DNA of 64,000 nt from an uncultured Elusimicrobiales bacterium (GTDB lineage: Bacteria; Elusimicrobiota; Elusimicrobia; Elusimicrobiales; CAZFMJ01), in contig CAZFMJ010000003.1 in the NCBI GenBank assembly GCA_964520045.1, positions 10,272 through 74,271 of the forward strand, written 5' to 3'. The notes beneath the pieces are model-generated. The model was not told where the DNA came from. It searched no databases and saw only the letters and a list, made by a program, of their open reading frames with translations. Of the stretch, positions 36,245 to 42,792 are shown piece by piece. The position numbers were made by a program, and so were the translations under genes. Within the stretch, counting starts at the first letter, position 1; each line of letters starts with the position of its first letter.

Positions 36245-37069
36245 TTACGCGCTGTCGAATGTATTAAAAAATAAATCACTGCAGTTTTTAAAAGTAATTT
36301 CAGCAACCGATTCGACCCTTACGCCTAATGCCTGAGCAAGAGCGCAAGCTATCTCGGGCAGACGCGAAGGGTCGTTTCTTTTCCCGCGTATTGACTGGGG
36401 AGGGAGGTAGGGGCAGTCTGTTTCCAGCACTATTTTTTCAAGTCCGGCCTTTTTTGCTATATCCCTGAGTTCATTGTTTTTTGGATATGTTATGGTCCCG
36501 TTTATGCCCAAAGCAAGCCCCATATCCAAAGCCCGGAATGCGTCTTTCTGCGTTCCGGAAAAACAGTGAAGCACGCCTGAAAACCGCGCATTTTTAAATC
36601 CTTTCCAATCAGCGCCTATAATTTCAAGCAGATCCGAGTAGGCATTCGCCTCTTTTTCAGGATTACTTCCGTTCCTGCAATGGAATATAACAGGTCTGCG
36701 CAGTTCATCGGCGATTTTCAGCAGACGCGAAAAAACTTCTTTCTGCATGTCTTTGGGATGTTTTGTCCGGGCATAATCCAGACCTATTTCTCCCAAAGCT
36801 GTTATTTTGTGCTCGCCGAATATTTTTTTTAATTTTGCCTCTGTTGAAGGATTAAACAAATCGCAGCCATGCGGATGCAGCCCAAGGGCGCAGAATATTT
36901 TGTCCGGATATTTTCCGGACAAGCCGATAACATTGTCCCAGTCGGACGGGAAGCATCCTATTTCAATTATTTTTGTCACGCCCGCGGAAAACACATCCGC
37001 CACAACCTCGTCCCTGTCGGAGTCAAAGGCGGAATCGCAAAGATGCGCATGTGATTCAAATAGTTCCAT
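36245..37069 (-). CDS. tatD: TatD family metal-dependent hydrolase/nuclease
   Basis: Start placed at MELFESHAHL. It has the HAHL motif, GEIGLDY, and HCFSG. Confidence 0.85.
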   Translation of the reverse strand: MELFESHAHLCDSAFDSDRDEVVADVFSAGVTKIIEIGCFPSDWDNVIGLSGKYPDKIFCALGLHPHGCDLFNPSTEAKLKKIFGEHKITALGEIGLDYARTKHPKDMQKEVFSRLLKIADELRRPVIFHCRNGSNPEKEANAYSDLLEIIGADWKGFKNARFSGVLHCFSGTQKDAFRALDMGLALGINGTITYPKNNELRDIAKKAGLEKIVLETDCPYLPPQSIRGKRNDPSRLPEIACALAQALGVRVESVAEITFKNCSDLFFNTFDSA

Positions 37070-37155
37070 GGCAATATAATACAAAAAACTCACAATGCAA
37101 TATTATGATAGAATACTGGCTCGACTAACGACGGGGAAATATCCGGAGGAATAAA

Positions 37156-38178
37156 ATGAAACGCGAACTTGCCTCAATTCAAAAGATATTAAACATTACG
37201 GGGATAGACGGAGCGGATAAAATAGAATTGGCGCACATACTGGGCTGGCAATGCGTTGTGAAAAAAGGGGAATTTAAAACCGGTGATTTATGTGTTTACT
37301 GCGAAGTTGATTCCGTTTTACCCGAAGGGAATCCGCACTTTGAATTCCTGCGCGAAAGATGCTTCAGGGACAACGGCGCGCAAAAAGGCTTCCGCATCAA
37401 AACGATACGCCTGCGCAAACAAATCAGCCAGGGGATTGCGTTTCCATTGTCTATCCTTGCCCCCGGTGAATACAAGGACGGAGACCCTGTCACCAAAATA
37501 CTTGGAGTAGTCAAATGGGATCCCCCTGTTCCGGCGGCGCTTGCGGGCGAGGTTCTGGGTGAGTTCCCGTCATTCATTCCTAAAACCGACGAGCTGCGCA
37601 TCCAGTCGGCGCCCGAAACCTTAGATGAACTCAAAGGCAAAAAGGTCTATATAAGCGAAAAGGTTGACGGCACCAGCGCTACTATATATTTCAACAGCGG
37701 AGATTTCGGCGTATGCAGCCGAAATCTTGAATTAAAAGAAACCGAAAATAATGCTTATTGGAAAGTTGCCAAAAGACTGGATGTTGCGAATAAGCTCAAA
37801 ACCTTTGGAAAAAATATTGCTATACAGGGTGAACTGGCAGGACCGGGCGTGCAAAAGAATTTACTGCGTCTGCAGGATTTGGAAATATTTGTCTTTAATA
37901 TTTTCTTTTTGGACGAACGCCGGTATTGCGGTTTTTCCGAACTCAAAGAGCTGGCGGACAAATTCGGCTTAAAAACAGTGCCTGTTCTGTCTAAAGATAT
38001 TGAATTTAGTTTTACCTTAGACCAGCTTCTGGAAATGGCAAAAGGCAAATATGCCGGCACAAGCAATGACAGGGAAGGCATTGTTATACGTACGATGACG
38101 GAAACGCATTCCGAGGCCATGAAAGGAAGAATGTCATTTAAAGTATTGAATAATGACTTTCTTGCTAAAGAAGAATGA
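37156..38178 (+). CDS. ATP-dependent RNA ligase, Rnl5 (DraRnl/NgrRnl)-like: N-terminal OB-like domain plus nucleotidyltransferase domain
   Basis: 340 aa. Motif I is SEKVDGTS (KxDG lysine). Downstream are IQGELAG (motif III-like), EGIVIR (motif IV-like) and SFKVLN (motif V-like). The size and N-terminal extra domain match the DraRnl layout. Confidence 0.7.
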   Translation: MKRELASIQKILNITGIDGADKIELAHILGWQCVVKKGEFKTGDLCVYCEVDSVLPEGNPHFEFLRERCFRDNGAQKGFRIKTIRLRKQISQGIAFPLSILAPGEYKDGDPVTKILGVVKWDPPVPAALAGEVLGEFPSFIPKTDELRIQSAPETLDELKGKKVYISEKVDGTSATIYFNSGDFGVCSRNLELKETENNAYWKVAKRLDVANKLKTFGKNIAIQGELAGPGVQKNLLRLQDLEIFVFNIFFLDERRYCGFSELKELADKFGLKTVPVLSKDIEFSFTLDQLLEMAKGKYAGTSNDREGIVIRTMTETHSEAMKGRMSFKVLNNDFLAKEE

Positions 38179-39209
38179 GATTTGATCTTATAGAAGATTT
38201 TGCCCGAAAAAACAGCTGGCCTGAGTACAGGCTGACGCAGATTTCCGGCTATATCTTCAAAAAAAGCATCTCCTCATGGGATGAAGCGGTGTCTCTTCCT
38301 GCTGATTTAAGAACCGAACTTAAAAAAAACTTCGGCATTCTTTCATTTTCCGCCCAGCAAACGCTTCGTTCAAAAGATTTACGGGCAAAAAAAGCCCTGT
38401 TAAAACTTGAGAAAGACGGCCTTAACATAGAGACGGCGCTCATACGGCCGATGCCGGACAAATGGTGCGCCTGCCTGTCAACTCAGGCCGGCTGTCCGAT
38501 AAAATGCCCCTTCTGTGCCACCGGTCGGTCGGGATTTGCGCGAAATTTAAGCGCGGAAGAGATATGCGATCAAGCGCTTTTCTGGAATCAGGTTATAACA
38601 AAGGAAAACATAGCCAAACGCCTGTCCAGCATAGTTTATATGGGAATGGGCGAACCCTTTTTTAATTACGGGGCGCTTTCTAAAAGCATAAAGCTTTTAT
38701 CTTCTCCCGACTTGTTCGGGTTGGGCCAAAGGCATATTTCGGTATCAACCGCGGGCCACATGCCGGGAATACTTCAGCTTGCCAAGGATTTTCCGCAAGT
38801 TAATCTTGCGGTATCCCTTCATTCGGCGGATGACAGACTGCGCGACAAGCTCGTGCCCATAAACAGGACCTTCGGGCTTAAAAATCTCAGACACTGCCTG
38901 AACGACTATATAAAAATTACAAACCGGCGAGTGTTTATAGAATATGCGCTTATGTCGGAGGTAAACGATTCAAAAAAAGACGCGGAAGTTCTGGCTGAAT
39001 GGATAAAATCTTTAAATGACGGAAAGCTTCTGCATGTGAATTTACTGCAGTGCAACGAAACGTCCGGCTTCTACAAGCCGTCTTCGGACGACAAAATGAA
39101 AACCTTTTCCAATATGCTCAAAAGAGTAAAAATCCCCGTCACCATCCGCAAAAGCCTCGGCTCGGATATAAAAGCCGCCTGCGGGCAGCTTAGAAATCAT
39201 CCTCAGTGA
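38175..39209 (+). CDS. rlmN: RlmN/Cfr family radical SAM RNA methyltransferase
   Basis: 344 aa with CPIKCPFCATG, GMGEPFFNY and C-terminal AACGQL. ATGA overlap with the RNA ligase stop. Confidence 0.85.
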   Translation: MRFDLIEDFARKNSWPEYRLTQISGYIFKKSISSWDEAVSLPADLRTELKKNFGILSFSAQQTLRSKDLRAKKALLKLEKDGLNIETALIRPMPDKWCACLSTQAGCPIKCPFCATGRSGFARNLSAEEICDQALFWNQVITKENIAKRLSSIVYMGMGEPFFNYGALSKSIKLLSSPDLFGLGQRHISVSTAGHMPGILQLAKDFPQVNLAVSLHSADDRLRDKLVPINRTFGLKNLRHCLNDYIKITNRRVFIEYALMSEVNDSKKDAEVLAEWIKSLNDGKLLHVNLLQCNETSGFYKPSSDDKMKTFSNMLKRVKIPVTIRKSLGSDIKAACGQLRNHPQ

Positions 39210-39302
39210 TCAGCGGGTACCTCCGGAGCGACAGCAAAGGAGGTGCCAGCTCACCCCATTCTTTCCTTAACAGCATTGAGAATGGGGCGACCCAAACTCA
39301 CT
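39193..39302 (+). repeat. 110-bp direct repeat, copy 1 (includes the last 17 nt of rlmN)
   Basis: gaaatcatcctcagtgatcAgcgggtacc...cccaaactcact. Identical to 39327-39436 except one position (A/G). Confidence 0.95.
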
Positions 39303-39326
39303 ACCTTCAAGGTTTTGTTTGGGACG

Positions 39327-39436
39327 GAAATCATCCTCAGTGATCGGCGGGTACCTCCGGAGCGACAGCAAAGGAGGTGCCAGCTCACCCCATTCTTTCC
39401 TTAACAGCATTGAGAATGGGGCGACCCAAACTCACT
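39327..39436 (+). repeat. 110-bp direct repeat, copy 2
   Basis: 109/110 identical to copy 1 and separated from it by 24 nt. Confidence 0.95.
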
Positions 39437-39443
39437 GCTTTTT

Positions 39444-39480
39444 CCGCCTCTCTGCTTTTGGCAGAGGGCGAGATCCCGCC
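39444..39480 (-). repeat. Palindromic element related to the tRNA-Ser trailers
   Basis: ccgcctctcTgctttTGgcAgagggcgagatcCcgcc versus ccgcctctcCgctttCAgcGgagggcgagatcTcgcc at 41345-41381: 32/37 identical. The C-to-T and G-to-A changes are compensatory in the hairpin. Confidence 0.8.
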
Positions 39481-39540
39481 GGACTATGCGGCGGAAAAGA
39501 CTGTTTGGGGCCGTTTAGCTATCCCGTCTGTATGCCCGCT

Positions 39541-39573
39541 GTCTACTATCTGCCTTCTACTATCTGCTGCCTA
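39541..39573 (-). repeat. Degenerate heptad/14-mer repeat starting on the stop codon of ORF 39571-40053
   Basis: Minus strand reads TAGATAGGCAGCAGATAGTAGAAGGCAGATAGTAGAC, containing AGTAGAA GGCAGAT AGTAGAC. Confidence 0.6.
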
Positions 39574-40053
39574 TCTATAGCTTTCTAATCTTCTGAACTT
39601 CAAATCAACTCTCTCAGTAAGAATTTTCAGTTCGGGAATGCTAACCTCGATGCGGACGCACGTCTTTATGAGTAGAGCCCTTTTGAAATACTCAAGAGCG
39701 CGGACAATGGCAATATCCGAAGCTCCGTCTAAAACCTCCAGATTGTCTTTGAGTAGTTTCTTTTCTACGGAATTCAAATTTTCAAGGGGACCGGAACCCG
39801 CCAAATCATAAATCACATTGAACGCATGATTTATTTTCGCCAAAACCTGAGGAGGCACCGGCGGAGTAATGATCGGCGGATATGGAAAGGGCGAAGGCGG
39901 GGGAGGAGGCGGAATAAACGGATTTCCGACGGCGGACAAGCCGTCTGCCGCAGACTGCGCCTTTTCAAAAACCGTCAAATTCCCGGCATGAGCCATAGCC
40001 AAATTCAATGACATCACTGCGGGAATCAATACTGCTAATTTGCTTTTTTTCAT
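39571..40053 (-). CDS. Secreted protein with a proline-rich linker, unknown function
   Basis: 160 aa with signal peptide MKKSKLAVLIPAVMSLNLAMAHA, then PFIPPPPPPSPFPYPPIITPPVPP, then a helical C-domain. Confidence 0.6.
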   Translation of the reverse strand: MKKSKLAVLIPAVMSLNLAMAHAGNLTVFEKAQSAADGLSAVGNPFIPPPPPPSPFPYPPIITPPVPPQVLAKINHAFNVIYDLAGSGPLENLNSVEKKLLKDNLEVLDGASDIAIVRALEYFKRALLIKTCVRIEVSIPELKILTERVDLKFRRLESYR

Positions 40054-40175
40054 TTTGTCTCCTTTTCTTTTGTCATGCCCAAACGTCGTTACCGGCTTGT
40101 CCGCGTCCCGCCCTGAGGGACAGTCCCGTCCTTTGAATTATCGGAATGGGACGTCCTGCGGGACATCGTATAAAA

Positions 40176-40346
40176 CTACGGCAAATGAACCTTGAAAGGC
40201 GAAACACTAACCACTTTGTTGTTTTTCCAAATAACAAGCGGTATCTTGGTTTTGCGATGTTCAAGAATAACCTCAGCAACAGCTTCGCGCATAGCCAATT
40301 CGGCTTTTTCACTGATATTAAGCCTTTTTTTAGCGGCACGTTTCAT
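40176..40346 (-). CDS. Unannotated 56-aa ORF (possible small DNA-binding/antitoxin-like protein)
   Basis: Hand translation: MKRAAKKRLNISEKAELAMREAVAEVILEHRKTKIPLVIWKNNKVVSVSPFKVHLP. A GGGAGG RBS lies 9 nt upstream. The 88-aa track ORF 40073-40339 is a different frame of the same region. Confidence 0.45.
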   Translation of the reverse strand: MKRAAKKRLNISEKAELAMREAVAEVILEHRKTKIPLVIWKNNKVVSVSPFKVHLP

Positions 40347-40388
40347 TTTACGGTTCCTCCCATGCGCGAAAATACAGGAAGCGGTTAT

Positions 40389-40562
40389 TTATTCCGCCAA
40401 AGATTTTTTGGACCAAAAACCGCAGGAAATGGTCTTATTGATAACATCCTCCGGCATTTTATGTCCGAAACATTTGTGTTCGCTGTCGAGATTTTTGCAA
40501 TCCGCACAGCGCACATTGCTTTTACCTGTAAACATTCCGAGAATCATGCAGATAAACCGCAT
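40389..40562 (-). CDS. Unannotated 57-aa Cys-rich ORF
   Basis: Hand translation: MRFICMILGMFTGKSNVRCADCKNLDSEHKCFGHKMPEDVINKTISCGFWSKKSLAE. A GGGAGG RBS lies 5 nt upstream. CxxC plus CxH suggests a small zinc-binding module. Confidence 0.45.
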   Translation of the reverse strand: MRFICMILGMFTGKSNVRCADCKNLDSEHKCFGHKMPEDVINKTISCGFWSKKSLAE

Positions 40563-40601
40563 TGAAACCTCCCGAGAAAATTGAGCGACAATCCCAAGTT
40601 C

Positions 40602-40988
40602 CTAGACGCCTCTGCTAAACGGATGTATTTGAACGCGCGCTGTGGAAATCAGGAACAACGCATATTGATTTACTGAAACACCTTCTTCTATAGCTTCTTC
40701 CTTCAGGCTATACTGCAAGGCCTTTGGAATGCGCGGGAGAAATCGCCCGCCCAGTTTCTGCCCCGACAGTGTTTGCGGAATAGGCAGTTTATTTTCTTTC
40801 CTAATGCGGAGATGCAGGTTTATCGCATTATCAAGTTCTTTCAACGCTTCGTTATCGGTATCACCTAAAGCAGAGCACCCCGGTATTTCTGGAGCAACAG
40901 CAACCCAGTATTTATCTTCCGCGCCGTAGAAAACTTTTCGGATGTAGGTGGACTTATTATGTGTTTCTCTTTTAGCCGCTTTGCGCAT
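40602..40988 (-). CDS. hicB: HicB family antitoxin
   Basis: 128 aa with the YWVAVAPEIPGCSALGDTDNEALKELDNAINLHL HicB N-domain and a C-terminal RHH-like RIPKALQYSLKEEAIEEGVSVNQY. GGAGGAG RBS. Confidence 0.8.
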   Translation of the reverse strand: MRKAAKRETHNKSTYIRKVFYGAEDKYWVAVAPEIPGCSALGDTDNEALKELDNAINLHLRIRKENKLPIPQTLSGQKLGGRFLPRIPKALQYSLKEEAIEEGVSVNQYALFLISTARVQIHPFSRGV

Positions 40989-41000
40989 AACTCCTCCGTT

Positions 41001-41246
41001 TCATTTTATCGTTAAGCCGTAAACATCCACTATCTTTAGAAACCGGGCAATTCGGCAAGGCTTGGCTTCCCTGTCTTTTTCCTGTAGATTTAAAACCGCC
41101 CCTCAGGAATGCTTGTAGCCTCTGTGGCTTCCGATTTGCCCCGCAAATATAAATCCATGCGCTTCAACCAGCCTGACGAAATCAGCGAAACGAACATTAT
41201 TCTTGGCTCCAGACCGAAGCCGCCGGAGCAGGATTTTGTTCTTCAT
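41001..41246 (-). pseudogene. hicA: hicA-like toxin gene interrupted by an in-frame TGA
   Basis: Hand translation: MKNKILLRRLRSGAKNNVRFADFVRLVEAHGFIFAGQIGSHRGYKHS*GAVLNLQEKDREAKPCRIARFLKIVDVYGLTIK*. The internal stop is at 41105-41103. Both halves together look like one HicA/YcfA-type toxin. Confidence 0.65.
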
Positions 41247-41348
41247 ATTAATACAATATCACCCGCAATATCATTTGTCAAGGGCTAGGCCGCGGAAAGC
41301 CGTATAATACCATAATCGGACAACCGATGTTATCCTTGGCGGATCCGC

Positions 41349-41400
41349 CTCTCCGCTTTCAGCGGAGGGCGAGATCTCGCCAAAATTTGCCAGCAAATTT
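41349..41400 (-). repeat. Conserved 52-nt 3' trailer of tRNA-Ser(CGA): stacked palindromes
   Basis: 51/52 identical to 41605-41656. Contains CTCCGC-tttca-GCGGAG, GGCGAGATCTCGCC and CGCCAAAATTTGC..GCAAATTTTGGCG. Confidence 0.9.
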
Positions 41401-41490
41401 TGGCGGAGAGGGTGGGATTTGAACCCACGAGGGTCGTAAAACCCTACAGGTTTTCGAGACCTGCTGTTTAAACCGCTCACACACCTCTCC
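41401..41490 (-). tRNA. tRNA-Ser (anticodon CGA), CCA encoded
   Basis: Reverse complement GGAGAGGTGTGTGAGCGGTTTAAACAGCAGGTCTCGAAAACCTGTAGGGTTTTACGACCCTCGTGGGTTCAAATCCCACCCTCTCCGCCA folds as a type II cloverleaf: 7-bp acceptor, anticodon stem CAGGT/ACCTG, loop CTCGAAA, long variable arm, and T-arm GTGGG/CCCAC. Confidence 0.9.
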
Positions 41491-41604
41491 GTTCACGCAA
41501 GACTGCCGACCACAAAGTAACTTGAAAGTCGAAAACAGAAAGTTTGCTGCCGATAAATCCAATCGCTTTTCCGCAGTCAAATCTTTATTTCCTATTACCG
41601 ATTG

Positions 41605-41656
41605 CTCTCCGCTTTCAGCGGAGGGCGAGATCTCGCCAAAATTTGCCGGCAAATTT
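41605..41656 (-). repeat. Conserved 52-nt 3' trailer of tRNA-Ser(UGA)
   Basis: Same sequence as 41349-41400 with one A/G difference, which makes the 28-nt palindrome cgccaaaatttgccggcaaattttggcg perfect. Confidence 0.9.
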
Positions 41657-41747
41657 TGGCGGAGAGGGTGGGATTTGAACCCACGAAAGGTTATTCACCT
41701 TTACCGGTTTTCAAGACCGGCTCCTTAAACCGCTCGGACACCTCTCC
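41657..41747 (-). tRNA. tRNA-Ser (anticodon UGA), CCA encoded
   Basis: Reverse complement GGAGAGGTGTCCGAGCGGTTTAAGGAGCCGGTCTTGAAAACCGGTAAAGGTGAATAACCTTTCGTGGGTTCAAATCCCACCCTCTCCGCCA. Anticodon stem CCGGT/ACCGG, loop CTTGAAA, long variable arm. Confidence 0.9.
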
Positions 41748-41917
41748 TATCAACTGCCAGCAAGAAAGCGATAAGCAGTAAGTCATAAGCAAGAGTTTTA
41801 ACTGCCCACATGCTCATCTTCAGCCCATCAGCCTGCCTTATTATTTTACAAAATAGATGACATATAGCTCTTGTTTTTGTAATCTATTATCTACACGCTC
41901 AATATAGCACACAAACT

Positions 41918-42778
41918 ATGCGCGCATTTATTTTATTCTTCAGCCTGTTTTTACTTTTACCTTCCGCCTCAAGAGCATGGTGGCTGCAGAATGACTATTC
42001 TTTCGGAGACAACACTTTCAGGGCCGATTCTCTTTCGGTGTTTGCCAATATTTCCACCCGCGCCGTGGCTGGAATAAATACAGCAGCCTACAAAGACGGC
42101 GGTTATCAAGGCAGCGTATATTCCCTGCGCCTGCCGCTTTCCTTTTCATGGCCCGGCTGTCTTGTTTCAATTAAACCGTTTTATTACCCTAGAACATCCA
42201 ATGCCGCCACTACCGCCAAAGGCTTGACGCTTCAAACGCTGTTTCCGATTGACAGAGATAACGAGGGCAGTTACTCGAATCTCATGCTTTCCATATCCGC
42301 CGCGAATCAGCGCCTAAACACGGCGTCCGCCGCCGGAGCCGTCAGCCGCAAATCCTTTTCCGAAGGCTCCATCGATACGCAGTTTGAAAAAACCTTTTAT
42401 AATGAATTTTTCTTTCTGGCTTCAGTCTCCGCATTCCATCATTTCAGGAACGCCGGAGATGAAAGACTTCTTCTGCCCGCACTTGACCATTCGGATATGG
42501 CGTTTCTTTCAAGCGTGAGGCCGTTGACCGAATCCCCTTCATGGATGGCGGGATTTCAGTTCGCGCGCAACATGGAACCCGATTCAGACAGCCATGTCTA
42601 CATCGGATACCAGCGCGTAGCCATGACCAGAAACATCGACAACGCCAATTCCGCAATGGCAGGCGTAAAGATAAAACTGCTGGAAGCGCATCTTTTTGAT
42701 TTTACTTATAACTGGTGGAAGCCCGACAACAGCAAAGCGCGTAATTATTACAGGTTGCTGTTGAGACTTTTCTTTTAA
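41918..42778 (+). CDS. Putative outer-membrane beta-barrel protein
   Basis: 286 aa with signal peptide MRAFILFFSLFLLLPSASRA. Alternating hydrophobic pattern and a C-terminal ...YYRLLLRLFF ending in Phe, as in OMP sorting signals. Confidence 0.5.
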   Translation: MRAFILFFSLFLLLPSASRAWWLQNDYSFGDNTFRADSLSVFANISTRAVAGINTAAYKDGGYQGSVYSLRLPLSFSWPGCLVSIKPFYYPRTSNAATTAKGLTLQTLFPIDRDNEGSYSNLMLSISAANQRLNTASAAGAVSRKSFSEGSIDTQFEKTFYNEFFFLASVSAFHHFRNAGDERLLLPALDHSDMAFLSSVRPLTESPSWMAGFQFARNMEPDSDSHVYIGYQRVAMTRNIDNANSAMAGVKIKLLEAHLFDFTYNWWKPDNSKARNYYRLLLRLFF

Positions 42779-42792
42779 GCGAGGATATTATC

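Noticed and set aside
39193-39436. CRISPR array or CRISPR-like repeat-spacer structure.
   Set aside because: There are only two copies of a 110-bp unit with a 24-nt gap, far from CRISPR repeat and spacer sizes. No cas genes are in the window.
39319-39588. ORFs 39319-39588 and 39377-39580 (+).
   Set aside because: They span repeat copy 2 and the palindromic element, have no RBS, and have odd composition. The region is better explained as structured non-coding DNA.
41103-41105. Genome-wide UGA reassignment (e.g. UGA=Gly or Trp) as the explanation for the in-frame TGA in hicA.
   Set aside because: Many well-defined genes here terminate at TGA at the expected protein end (mvhA, flxB-like, the RNA ligase, rlmN, hicA itself), so UGA is a normal stop in this genome.
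41271-41728. Track ORFs 41271-41480, 41359-41652 and 41522-41728, which share the peptide ANFGEISPSAESGE.
   Set aside because: They are read through the two tRNA-Ser genes and their duplicated trailers. The repeated peptide is just the translated DNA repeat.
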